A stretch of DNA of 64,000 nucleotides from Acanthaster planci (lineage: Eukaryota). The DNA is taken from assembly GCF_001949145.1 (NCBI RefSeq), contig NW_019091356.1:4446934-4510933 (forward strand), given 5' to 3'. The notes beneath the pieces were generated by a model. The model made no database searches. It had not been told where the DNA came from and saw only the letters and a list, made by a program, of their open reading frames with translations. The translations under genes and the position numbers were made by a program. Shown one piece after another: positions 23,291 through 37,890 of this stretch (positions are counted from its first letter, which is position 1; every line of letters starts with the position of its first letter).

Positions 23291-26200
23291 ATGTCCCGTC
23301 TTCTGTGTTGCTGCGGCAACAAGTCGCCTAACCATGTTTCCGACGGTCAGGCTACTGCAATGAAAGAAGCGTCATCCGACGACTTGGCCGGTGCTCACAC
23401 CCACTACAAGATCCTTGTGAAGACTGGCGATCGCAAAGGCGCTGGTACAGATGCTAACATCTACATCATCCTGCACAACGAGAATGGAGTCACTTCCAAG
23501 AAGATCAAGCTGGATCGGCTGTTCCACGATGACTTCGAGAGAGGGAAAACCGATGAGTTTAAGGCCAAACTCCCAGCTGACTTCGGCGCTGTACATGAGA
23601 TCGAGCTCTGGCGGGACGAACACGGTGCCTTCGACCCGTGGTACCTGGAGAAAATCGATATCTTCGAGACGCCCAAGGAGGGGCCTAAGAAGGGGCCGTA
23701 CGAGTTCCCCGTCCACCGGTGGATTCCGGCCAAGAAGAGGGTCATGTTCCGTCAGTATGACTCACTCTTGCCTCAGCATGACCCACGCAAAGATTCACAA
23801 CGCAAGGAGGAGATGGAGGAAATAAAGAAGATTTATGAGTTGAAGAGCCAAGCTCCTGAGGCAGGCATACCTCTCCAGGTCAGTACCTCAAGAATTCAAA
23901 GCTGTGTACGGTGAACAACAGTTATTTCCCTCTTAACAGTAAGTTAACAGTAAGTCAGTTGACTCGAAAAAACCTTGTCTTTAGGAGTTAGGCAAATTCA
24001 GTTCAAAGTATTGACTTTATTAATTCTGTCATCTTAGGAATTTGGGATCAAATCTCTTGTACAAATGTAAACTTTTATTATTAAGCTGGATCTTTCTTAC
24101 AAAGATTGGGGTCTACTTGTTGGTAAATCAGAATATATCATCCAAAATTAAGTTAGAAGGTAACAAAGTTGATGTAGTATAATAATCATGCTACCGGATG
24201 TGAGAAACCTTGATATTATAGGTCATGATATTCCAATGTCTTCTTTAGAGCCTGGTATTTATTTATGTATTTGAAAATCTTTAGACAGGACATCAGCTCT
24301 AAGGCTGTTTTACATCATAGTCCTGTGTAGTACAGAGACAATGGACAATTAAGAGGGTAAAATGGTAACATTAAAATTAACTAACAAGGGCATAAAAACT
24401 GTTTTTAAAAATACCTAATTAAAAATAAAGCTTCTTATACATAATTTTAAACCGTCCAAAGAGGATGCATTTTGGACTTTAGCTGGTATGTTGTTCCATA
24501 TAATAGCTTCAGAATAGTTGAGAGATTGCTTAACACATTCCATGTTGGGCCTAGGGACCACAACATTAAGGGAATCAGCGTTTTCTAGTGTTAAATCTAT
24601 GGTATAGTGATTTAGATTAGATGCAATCAACATCCCGCCCAATTAGTAAAGGAAATTTCCGAAAGAGGTCCTGTTGTACAACGAATTAAGCTAATTCCAC
24701 GCTATACGTTGCGAAAAATCCTTCTGGAAACGGTGCCATTGAAGTTTGGTAGATTTTGAACACAAAAATTTGACCTACTTGAAATTTTAGTCCACACGCT
24801 ACGGCACACGTCACAACGCCCACTGATCTGTGGGTGACAAAGTCAAGATCAGAATCAACAAGAAATAGGCTTATTCGAATTGACGAAATTTGGTGGTGAC
24901 GCGTCAAGATGCATCTGCATTAGAAGACGGTCCTCTTTTCTTTAGTAAGTTGTTATCAATTGAACTCAATGAGGTATACAGTGATTCCGGCCTCGGAATC
25001 TAGCTGCGTAATTTGCGTGATCAGTTTTCTTTAAGCTAGGTATCCAGTGGCGTATATTTACGTCGAACTTTGTTGTGAGTCATAGAAAGATAGAGAATTC
25101 AGCTTCCCTTACCTGGAAGGCTTTCTACGACTATTCTGGTCAAAGAGAACTGCTTGTTTATCATCACTTAAAGTCAAAGTTTTTCGGCGGTGAGGTTACT
25201 GATATTTGATATTTTCACTGCGATGATGAGTGCGACTGAAAGGCACATAGGCTACTGCGAAATAGAGAAACCATTTTGGACTGTTGAATTACACGCATCG
25301 TTTATGAAGATATTGCAACGTGTGAGAAATCCACGTTTATTCCCCGGCCTCGGTGTCTTTATGGGTTCTTGCTACCTGCTGTATGTTTAACAACCGTCCT
25401 TTGTTATTTTTGAAAGGGTATGGGTTTGCTTTGTATTTTTCACCAATGGCATATCTGGCCTTGATGTCTTTACTGAGCATCAAGGCCAACTTGTTTATCA
25501 TAGCACTTCGCACTGAAATATTCAGTCAGGAAAAAGAGCTGTTAAAAGTCCTTATACGCGTTTAAGTGTATAACCTTTGAACTTGCACCAACATGGATAC
25601 CCTCTGGTAGGCTACCGGCCAGACCAGAAATGCCTGGATCTCTAGTTGTGCAGTTTTGATGACAAGAGGAAATGTTTGGTGTGGTTTATAGGTTTAAAAC
25701 ATGTTGTGTGCATACTTAATTGGTACACGTTGTGGGAAGTTCCGTTTTGCTTAGTTAAGGAGTCGTTGTACAGGTTGATGTACAAATGTAAAAGCATTTC
25801 CATCCTACGACAATATGGATTTATTTTTGGTTCTTATCAAATTCAGACTACGCTGCTTTACTTTTTCAGAAACCGAAAATTATTTCATTTGTACTTCCTG
25901 TAGAATTCGTAGGTTTTATACTGAATTGTGGCTTTGCCTTTCTCTCCTGTCGGTATAGGCCTCTGCATTTTGGCATTGTTACGTTTATCCGCGCACTTTC
26001 ATTTCAGAATGGAACCGCAACTGTTCTTCAAGTTGACACATTTATTATATATACATGTATACATCTTTCAAGTTTGTGAAAAGGCAATCGGGAACTTGGG
26101 TTCTTTATTTCAAATACTGTAAATATTTTGCTTATACTTTTGACGCCAGGTGGCCGAGCTGCCAGGTGACGAGAAGTTCTCCTTTGAGTATTTGGTAAGA

Positions 26201-29200
26201 CAGGAAAGTTACTCGGAATAGGCCTATCAAATTATTTATGAATTACAGATCCTTTATGTATTTATAGCTTAACAAATGATACGACTGCCCGTGAATGCCT
26301 TCCATCATGTTCAGACTTAACGTTTGGTTTCGTGTATTAAAGCAAGAACTTTCTCTCTAATTTGTTGTTTCTCCTGTGTCCAGTATGACCTCGTTAAGAG
26401 AAAGGCTAACCTACTCCTGCAGAGCAAACTGTCCAAGACATTTACGGGCAAGTGGCGCAACCTGGATGATCTCAAGAACGTCTACCATGGAGTTTTCTCC
26501 AAACCTGATGTAAGATAAGACTCAGTTTTCCGTGGAGGAGCCTTTAGCCAACAGAGGGTCAAATAATGAGGCACATGTCTGTTGCAAATTAGACATTCGT
26601 TTCTTATTTCTTAAACCCGTCAACCTGTGTCTCTTGATCTGAGCAACGTGCGTGCTGCATTAACAAGCTTTTCGCCATCATCAAACTTGAATGTAGATAT
26701 ATGTTAGGGTGAAAAAATAAAGGACTTTACTAATATAAATTCTAAAGAGTGTCACGTGTTGAGTTTTTTGTGCTCTCTCAGCGTGGAGCTAATTGTTTCG
26801 TAAATTTCAGGGAATGCGGACGTGGCGCTCTGACATTGAGTTCGGTCTGCAGCGACTGATCAGATGCAACCCTACCCAGATTCGACTCTTCACGGAAGTC
26901 CCAGAGAAGTATGTACAGCTAGAGCAAATTTTCTTCTGGGAAACATTCAGAAATCTAATTCCTTTGCATCTTTTCACGAAGACTTATGAATCCATGAAGA
27001 GCTCATACAATCTACCACAGGCGTCTGGAAGTTTAATCTGTCAAATGAGAATTCTATGCCTAGGGCAATTGCATCCTTAATTGTACTCTAAAATGATGGG
27101 TATATCTGACATCCAATTGGACACTTGTTGCGGACAGGGCAATTCATATGAAATCGCATTCTAAAATTCCTTTATGTAAGTCAAATGATAGAGCTTTATA
27201 TCCAGTCAGGATAAAGTTCCCCGACTTTTGTCACTTGTCAGGTTTGGTGTGACCGATGAGATGGTTGGACCATTCTTGGAAGGCATGACAATCCAGGAGG
27301 CTATCGCGAAGAAGAAGCTGTACTACATCGACTATGAAATTCTACAAAACCTTCCCGTTAAACAGGGAACACCGGTAAGGACACATCAGCATTTTCTGAG
27401 AAGGTTACAGTTTCGAGCCTCCAAGACCACACACTTCCTTCTTCAAAATAGTGACCTCCAATGTTTCCATTGCATAGGTTTCTTTAATTTATGAAAGGGA
27501 AGGCCTTTTGCTCCTCCAATATGGATGTGTATGGAGATTCTATCCATTCTTTTCCTCCGCTGTGAATCCAGTCAAGGTTCATCCGGATATTGAAAATGGG
27601 TTTGTACTGGCTTTTATTTGTAAATTCTTTTGTCAGGTTGTTTCACCGATTGGACTGTTCTTTGTGGATAAGGACAAGCATCTTATCCCTGTTGCTTTGC
27701 AGTTGGAGCAACAGAAAGGACCAGATAACCCGGTAAGTCTTTGGCCATGGTTGGTTGCTGGTTGTGGCTGACTGATTTGATGGTTTGCTCAGTTGCTAAG
27801 TTGATTAAAGATTCCTTGCTAGTTATCTTATTGGAGATTGATCACTGGTTGGCTTCCCTAACTGAATATTTAGCTGTCTGAATGAAGATTGGTTACTGGT
27901 TGGCTGCTATTGAAGATTGATCGCTGGTTAGCAGCCGGATTGAAGATTGATCACTTGTTAAATGATAAATAAATTTCTTTGCTCATTTTGTAAAAAAGAG
28001 ATCACTGCTCAAGTGCATGGTCGGCTAGCTTATAAAGATTGACCGCTCTAGTGTGACCCCGGTTGTTGAGCAGCCTGTAATAATCTGTTGAAAGCTCTGT
28101 TTGTCTGTTAGTCTGTTAACTAATTGGTTATCTGTGCATTTCTTGTTTGTTGGAACTATCTTCAGGTCTTTCTGCCCAGCGACCCGGAGTACACTTGGCT
28201 CCTGGCCAAGATGTGGTTCAACTCTGCCGACGCGTCCTACCACCAGTCCTGCACCCATCTGGGCTTGACCCATTTGGCGATGGAGTGCGTGGCAGTTACA
28301 ATGCATCGCACTCTCTCTCCTTCACATCCGCTCTTTCGGCTCTTGGCGCCGCACTTCCTGTTTCTCATGGCCATCAACAGGTAGGCTACATACACCTAAC
28401 TCTCGTACTGAAACGAATTGTTTATTGAAACAGGTGAGGGCGCTGTATTAATGGCACATGTATAAACAGAAGTAGATTATCATGAAATTTTATTTTAGAA
28501 AGAGGAAACTGATACATCAGTTTACATCCTACAAGGTGCCTAATTTAATCACCTGTTTCCTCGGTGGATATACAGTATAGACTATGTTACCCATGGCCAA
28601 ACTATGATTGTATTCAAAATCCTCATAAACGCAGCCGTGGTCTTGCTCTTCTGATGTCTGTCGACGGATGGGTGGATAAAACGATGAACATCGGACGAGA
28701 TGGCATGTATGAACTGATTGGCCGCGCCTTCAAGCGTTGGCGCCTGAATGTGGAAGGTACCATCATCAACGATTTGAAGGCACGCGGGGTCGATGACACC
28801 CAAGCACTTCCCAACTATCACTATCGAGATGATGGAGTGCTGATTTACGAGGCGATGGAGAAATACGTCAGAGTTGTTGTCGAATCACATTACGGTGAGG
28901 ACAAGTTCAAGTCTTCATGTTTGAAATGATTTGGCTCATTCAGCTTGATAAGCATTTTGTCACCAGACTATAGTATCGCTACGAATTTTAATCACACCCA
29001 GTATTTCAACGTACGACCTGAACATACCAGACACTTACTAAACTTGTTTGTACTTTATAGAAACTCCTGACATGATTACTGAGGACTATGAACTCCAAGA
29101 ATGGGGGCGTTTGATGGCCACGTCACAGGATGATGGAGGAGCTGGGTTTCAGGTATTTAGTCAAATAGTATTTTAAATGCAGATGAGTATCTCACTGCTC

Positions 29201-30384
29201 TGCTCTGTAAAATGAGCAAATGTATGCAGATCTGATCAGGACTTCTGAATGGATCCCCAAAAGCGAACCGAAATTTGTTCAACTGGAGTAAAGAATGCGA
29301 ACTAACTAATTTACCCCAGGGTATTCCGGCTGACGGCAATTTCGCGAACGTCGAGGATGTCATCAGTACCGTTGCGCCCATCATGTTCACCTGCAGCGTG
29401 TCTCACTGCGTGGCCAACTTCTCTATGTACGATGACTACGCCTTCCCTCCCCACTGCCCGACAGGGATGAGGATGCCCCCACCCACCGATAAGGTTTGAT
29501 TTGTGACCTGCTCATTTAGTTCTTACGTCAGAGCAACATTAATGACTCGCGCCAAACCGTATGAAATTTGCATTGAAACTCGTATGCTTGTTTTTGTTTA
29601 TTTTTTTGTTTTGTTTGATTCTTTATAAGTTATCATTTACCTTTCTTACATGAAGTCTCCACGGACTGAGAAAGACATCTTAGACAACCTGCACGATAAG
29701 ACATTGACGGTTGATGTCATGATAGTCACTCGTCTGCTCAGTGAGAAGGCCACCAATAGTTTGGGTGACTTTGAAATGCAGTACGGATTCTGTCCTGTCG
29801 CTGTCAAGGCCCTGGAACAGTAAGACAATTAAAAAGAGAGATGTTTCCCCTTTTCCAAGGTTCTTCAAAACTCTTTCATCACAGATTTACGGAAACAGGA
29901 CGTAACAGTTCAAATTTTGTCACATGCTGATCTTATTAATATTGTCCTCATTGCATAGCTTTTTGATATTTGACCATTTTGTTGTCTTACGTGCCGTTTC
30001 TGTGCTTTTTCTAGTATGACCTTTCCTGGTGGAAATTGAATAAGTTTACAGTCAATTGATTAATGTCAAATTAATTAATTTAATTTAAAAGTCAAATTAT
30101 TGATTTTGTTTTTGAACGGCAGAAATAATTACTACACTGCCACTGTACATCATTTTGTATCCAATGGCTTACTCGAACATATTCATAACATACATCATCT
30201 TAACTTTCAGTATATCGGTATTATAGAAATAATCTTTTTAATCCACATCTTTGCTTTTTTCTCCATCAGGTTTCGGAAGGACCTAAAGCAGATTGAGATC
30301 ATCATCGATGAGCGAAACAAAAATCGGGAGTTTCCTTATGATTACTGTCATCCTAAGGAAATCCCAAATGCTATCAGTATCTAA
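23291..30384 (+). CDS. Lipoxygenase 2 (PLAT + catalytic domain, 12 coding exons, 701 aa)
   Basis: Exons 23291-23878, 26150-26194, 26384-26509, 26811-26908, 27242-27374, 27637-27732, 28166-28380, 28635-28894, 29061-29152, 29320-29493, 29656-29819 and 30270-30384. Constant-exon sizes and phases are identical to LOX1. HLGLTHL, HCVANF and PNAISI are intact. Confidence 0.93.
24400..24620 (-). mobile_element. 3' fragment of a non-LTR retrotransposon (CR1/L2-type ORF2 C-terminus) in LOX2 intron 1
   Basis: Translation [42 protein letters not shown] resembles the conserved 'P+P..E..K.SFSY.G..LWN.LP..++...SL..FK..L' ORF2 end. Confidence 0.6.
27765..27960. repeat. Degenerate tandem repeat homologous to the 16075-16380 array
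   Basis: Repeated TGAAGATTGATCACTGGTT-like units in the equivalent intron of LOX2. Confidence 0.6.
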
Positions 30385-30550
30385 CTACGAATCCTTTACA
30401 CTCCATGGAGTACAGGGTGAGGAGATAAAACGGGCGAGTTTGGAAACACTCCACTTTCCAACTGTTTGGAAATGGTTAATGTCATAAAGAATTGTCTACT
30501 GTATTTCAAACAACCGAATAAGTAAAAATTGAAGTTTCTGAAAGCGATGT

Positions 30551-30608
30551 AGTAAAGACATCGAGGCTACCGCATCAAGAGTAAAGACATCGAGGCTACC
30601 GCATCAAG
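30551..30608 (+). repeat. Perfect 29-bp direct tandem duplication in the LOX2 3' UTR region
   Basis: AGTAAAGACATCGAGGCTACCGCATCAAG occurs twice in tandem. Confidence 0.9.
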
Positions 30609-32046
30609 AAACACAATGATTTGTATTTCTTTTTTTTTCTAATTAAAGTTTTGAGATTAACCCAATCAATTAGCTTTTTTCAGAAAAGCACAGCTAGGGA
30701 TTTGTAGCTGTTGCTTGCGTGTCGCTTACGAGTTCGCTTTGAAACCATCCGTGACTTCATGATATAAGATAGATTCTGTTATGCACTATTCAGATATTGG
30801 TATGCTTGAATGGCGATGCTTTAGGTTACTTTGTTTTCGTAATTTGCGCAGCAGTGTATTTTTTTCATTGTTTATAGGTTATGTTTTATAGCACTTTGTG
30901 ACAAGTTTATACAATTAATATTCTGCTATGGACGTTTAGGTTTAGGTTTACGTTGCCGGTAGTTTTTAATGTACTGCGAATTAGTCTGTATCCAAAGGTT
31001 TTTATGGTATTTTTGTAGTAGGGCCTATACGTTTATATTTGTACGTGGTTTCGTAAAGAGGGTGGCGGTTTTTAGAAGGTCTTTAAGCATTTTTCAAATC
31101 ATTTGCTTGTACATGTATACGCGTGTGTTATTTTTGTCTGTTACATGAAGCTAGCTGAAGTTTGTTTTTTAGTGTCATGGTAATGTGAAGCAACGCATCC
31201 CATTATACTTGTTTACGTTGTTTGAGTACCCTGTCCGTAAGTGTGACGTCACTTCAGTTTAAACCACGCCCACTGCACACAGAACTAAGTGGATCCATGG
31301 AACTGGAAGTTTACGTGCAATTTTTAGTGTTCGTCCAATGGAAGCTTGTAATCAGTGGTGCATGCGCGTGTATGACGAAGTCACTTATGAACCGGATAGT
31401 GGCCAACAATTGTAGAACGTTCCAATTTCTATTTCAGAGTTCTCCACCGTTTACAACATTCACCAAGCACAGTTTTCAGTTTTTGAATGTAAATTAAAAA
31501 CTAACAGTCACTTTTTGTAATTTGGTTATCACGATTGTTTTAGTTTCATGTTTAAATGTGGACCTAATCATCTAACTTTGTTAATTTTGTCTTATGATTT
31601 TTCTGTGCTTATTTGGTTTGCTCTTGGGTTTGAGGGCGCTTTTTAAAGAACTGTTTTTATCAGTGAAATGTCATGGTTATTATCAGATTTCATCCTTTCT
31701 TCTCCCAACCTGTTCCGCGTTTCAAGCCTTTCAGTTCAGTCGATGGACCGTTTAAACATTTTTCTTTCCACTCCCAATACATGGTAGAAAGCTTTGGGTG
31801 TTTTTCACAAAGGTTTTCCATTCCTTATCCAAATTTCATTCTTACCGATATTTTTCACCACCAATACATGTACTACAAAATCCTTTGGGAGGAACTAGGT
31901 ATTGTCCTGAACCCAATTAAAAGATTTGTTTTTGGAAGGGGCTTCTATAACCAAGTTTAATAAATCCATGCTGTCTTCCGATTTCTTGCCGCCAAATAAA
32001 TAGAAAAATAACTACAACTTCCACCACTACTTGTCCTTGGTCATAC

Positions 32047-32052
32047 TTTATT
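32047..32052 (-). terminator. Candidate alpha-tubulin polyadenylation signal
   Basis: TTTATT (AATAAA on the minus strand) downstream of the gap that hides the tubulin stop codon. Confidence 0.5.
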
Positions 32053-32275
32053 GCCTCGTGGGTTTTCAATAATTCCTTTCAAAATACAAGAATTCAAATC
32101 AAGTATTAAACAACTGAAAATAAACAATGATTTCCAAAAGTTTTGTGAAATCTATTGAGGTAATCTGTCGTTTTAATGAAATACACTTTAACAGAATGCT
32201 GTACCAAAAGTACTAAATGGCGGTCTGACAGAATGCTGCATCACAGTTAAGGACGGTTCGACTCCTCTTTTTTTT

Positions 32276-32939
32276 NNNNNNNNNNNNNNNNNNNNNNNNN
32301 NNNNNNNNNNNNNNNNNNNNNNNNNNNNNNNNNNNNNNNNNNNNNNNNNNNNNNNNNNNNNNNNNNNNNNNNNNNNNNNNNNNNNNNNNNNNNNNNNNNN
32401 NNNNNNNNNNNNNNNNNNNNNNNNNNNNNNNNNNNNNNNNNNNNNNNNNNNNNNNNNNNNNNNNNNNNNNNNNNNNNNNNNNNNNNNNNNNNNNNNNNNN
32501 NNNNNNNNNNNNNNNNNNNNNNNNNNNNNNNNNNNNNNNNNNNNNNNNNNNNNNNNNNNNNNNNNNNNNNNNNNNNNNNNNNNNNNNNNNNNNNNNNNNN
32601 NNNNNNNNNNNNNNNNNNNNNNNNNNNNNNNNNNNNNNNNNNNNNNNNNNNNNNNNNNNNNNNNNNNNNNNNNNNNNNNNNNNNNNNNNNNNNNNNNNNN
32701 NNNNNNNNNNNNNNNNNNNNNNNNNNNNNNNNNNNNNNNNNNNNNNNNNNNNNNNNNNNNNNNNNNNNNNNNNNNNNNNNNNNNNNNNNNNNNNNNNNNN
32801 NNNNNNNNNNNNNNNNNNNNNNNNNNNNNNNNNNNNNNNNNNNNNNNNNNNNNNNNNNNNNNNNNNNNNNNNNNNNNNNNNNNNNNNNNNNNNNNNNNNN
32901 NNNNNNNNNNNNNNNNNNNNNNNNNNNNNNNNNNNNNNN
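32276..32939. other. Assembly gap covering the alpha-tubulin C-terminus
   Basis: Run of N bases that interrupts the tubulin ORF after ...IATIKTK. Confidence 0.99.
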
Positions 32940-34817
<1,878 letters not shown>

Positions 34818-34929
34818 GTTTGCAGAGTAGTTTCAGTTGATTTTGACGAAGAAAAAGATGTGATTTCGTGTTCAAAAGGGGAGATGTTTTCCAACTTGTC
34901 TCTGTGCTACGTTGAGACTCAGTAAGAAT

Positions 34930-34991
34930 TATGACGTCGCTGTTCCAAACACGGGGTTTTATAGGGTGTGCTCGTCTTTCGCACCTATTGG
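34930..34991 (-). promoter_or_regulatory. Alpha-tubulin core promoter (TATA, CCAAT, CRE-like)
   Basis: Minus strand: CTATAAAA at 34957-34964, CCAAT at 34987-34991 and TGACGTC at about 34932, lying about 115-175 bp upstream of the ATG. Confidence 0.6.
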
Positions 34992-36529
34992 ACAGTGGTC
35001 GTGTAGCAACAGACGATCAAATATTCATGAGTTACAAACATAACGTTTTTGTTGTATGTTGTCGATGTGTTTCGGTGTGGCTGAGAGTGAAGACTAGTAA
35101 ATAAATTGGCACAAACGACACTGATAAATACCTACACCCCACCCCCAAAAAGTAAAGAGAAAAACACTATACAACCGTGCAAGGTCTTCAAGACATATTT
35201 CAATCTATTTGAGTTCAATTTCATGAGGAATCTAATGATTTTGCTGGAGAAATTTCCTCCAAAGTAAATGGAGTTCTGATCCATATCGCTATTTGAGAAA
35301 TGATGCCCCCGCTTCACTGCAACATAGAAACTTTTTAGGACCCAATTTCACCCCAAATTTCACACCGTTCATACGAGCTTGCATTTCTGTTGACAACATC
35401 TACGTTTCCACTACCGTAATCCTAAAAACTTGTTTCTGAGCCACGGAACCCCTCTGGAGCAACGGCACACTGTCAGCGCTAAGTTGTGTATACCAGGCAC
35501 GAAATGGGACAGAGGGGTACCCTCCCAACAAGTCCGATCTCTATACACACTCCAGCCTGTTGTCACTTAACTCATCCCAACCCAGATGTCTGAAAAAATT
35601 CCTGAGATACCAGAATAACAATGACCAACACAAAGGCGGGGGGGGGAGTTCTCTGTCTCACAGTTTGCTTCATATGAAGTTGTGGGCCCGTTTACTCGTC
35701 TGTAACGTAGGCCCTAATCGGTTATGGGGTCCGCTTCTTTGGGGACATTTTTCGTAGTGCATAAGATCCGCAAAATTCAGCGATTAATTTTTAAGGTTCT
35801 TCCACGGTGCCTCAGTCTGTAAAGATTAAACATAACGAAGAGAAGATGGGTGTTGAAATATCATTTTTTCTCTTATCAATTCTCCCAAAAGAGAATTTGA
35901 TTAGATTAACTTACACATAAACTAATAATAATTATGCGTGTTTAATTATATAAAAATTCAATTTCATACGAGTGACCACTTCTTCACAGAGTAAAATAAA
36001 CACTTAAATCTACTATACATTTTAAATTTCAATACACCATCATCTTACAGTAGTTCCAAACAATGACGTCTCAATCACATGACGTCCGATAAACAGGGAT
36101 TCCGTATTTACCCACTAGTTATATTTCAACCACGCAACCAAGGACGTGTAACTCGTTCAGCAAACACCACGGTTTGAGCTAAGGAATACACGCAGCTGCG
36201 CAGTGTACATGTGGCTTACTATTCTTTATTAGAATGAACTCAACAATCGATAGTGGTTGTTCGTGTTCACTTTCACAATGCATTGGAGCGCCGTCTAATG
36301 TACTGTGGGAGTACATGTACTTCAATAGCCAATGAGTACCAACCGTTTTTTTTTCTAAAGGCACTTGAGAGACAGAATGAAATCTGACTGGAGAATCGGG
36401 GTGGGGTGGGGTCACTCACGGGAAAACCACGAGAGGGAGAATAAAGCTTCACATTCGTCGCATGTTTTCCTCTCTTGCCAGATACTGATCCTTTGCCAGT
36501 TCTCATGTGCAGTTCATGCTCTTTCACGA

Positions 36530-36890
36530 TCCATTCCCAAGAAGCTTCAGCGCATTCAGAATTCCGCCGCCAGACTTGTTACACGTTCATCATCTAAGCA
36601 ACATATCACTGCTATTCTTCGCACTCTTCACTGGCTACCAGTCAGTCAGCGAATTGCTTTCAAAATTCTACTCCTCACTCACAAATGCATCCATGGCTCA
36701 GCACCAGCATACCTCCGTGGACTTATTCAAGTTTACCAGCCACAACGCATCACTCGCACTAAGACTCATGGACATCGTTCCTTCAAGCATGTATCACTAT
36801 CGCTTTGGAACTCTCTTCCTCACCATATCAGAATTATCAATAGCGAAAATGATTTTAAAGCAGTTCTCAAAACTTACTTGTTTCATTAAT
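36530..36890 (+). mobile_element. 3' fragment of a non-LTR retrotransposon (L2/CR1-type ORF2 C-terminus)
   Basis: KLQRIQNSAARLVT...HITAILRTLHWLPVSQRIAFKILLLTHKCIHGSAPAYL...SLWNSLP...FKAVLKTYLF is the characteristic LINE ORF2 tail. 5'-truncated. Confidence 0.85.
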
Positions 36891-37890
36891 TTTTCTTAAT
36901 TGTTAATTACATATAACGGGTTTGCCCTTACCCAACGTATATTAATATTAATTGTTGTTTCTTGTAAAGCGCAGCGAGACCTTGGTGTGATGCGCTACAT
37001 AGAAACCGTGTTATTGTTATTGTTCCCTCTGAGAATCAAACTACTTAACTTAAATTATCAAACTAGCAAGGCTGTGATTAGTTTGTTTTGAAGAATGTAC
37101 ACGTAAAGAGCTTTAAGTTGCAGAAACTTGTTTAATGGTTTAACGTCAGGCGAGCATAGATAACAAGATATATTTAGGATTTACGTTCTACATGAAACGC
37201 TTTCAAAGACCCCCCATAACAACGTCTAGCAATGATAACTGTGAGCAGATTGTACAATGAATTTGGAAATTTAAACTAGTAACCATTTTATTTATGTGGA
37301 ACAGTTTCGCCTACAGATGTCGGTTTTAATACATGTATCCTTTTCACTAATTAATAAAAAAGTTTGTGCTTTAATGGATATTTTGCACTTGTTTTCTTTT
37401 ACACTTTTTCTTAACATCTAACGGAACTATGGTTCTGTTATCTAACTGTGGAGATTTAGTTGAAATTTGACAAGTATATGTACGTGCTGGAGGGATAAAG
37501 TCAGTTGCAGGTTGCTGAAGTGAGGCCAACCAATGAAGAGTTACTAGTGGGAATCTAAGATTTGCTTCGGAAATTTTAAACAACAAGCAAACTTCAATTA
37601 AATTGGTGACTTGAACAATTTACTGTTCCTCACAGCAAAGGAACTGCAAACTAAAGAACTGCTTAGGTTATTTATGTACATTATTCTGACAGCCTTCAGA
37701 AAAAAAGTGTGATTGGAGCCATTCATCATAATCACCAGTATGAAAACATGTTTGATAAAACGATGAAAAGCAGTTTTCTAAAGAAAATAAGAAGCAAACA
37801 TTTCACAGTTTTGAAACACAAATAAAGAGTAACAGAAAACCAAAGAAATCATAAATCCACGCTTACTGTATAAGACATTATCCTCAAAGA

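Noticed and set aside
5529..23825. Alternative-frame and antisense ORFs overlapping the PLAT exons (for example MLTSTSS..., [10 protein letters not shown]...)
   Set aside because: They recur only because the underlying PLAT exons are duplicated and GC-rich. They are shadow ORFs with no independent motif.
12055..30384. LOX1 and LOX2 as two alleles assembled in tandem (haplotig artefact)
   Set aside because: Most introns and the upstream regions are unalignable, they carry different insertions, and there are many amino-acid differences. This fits true paralogs.
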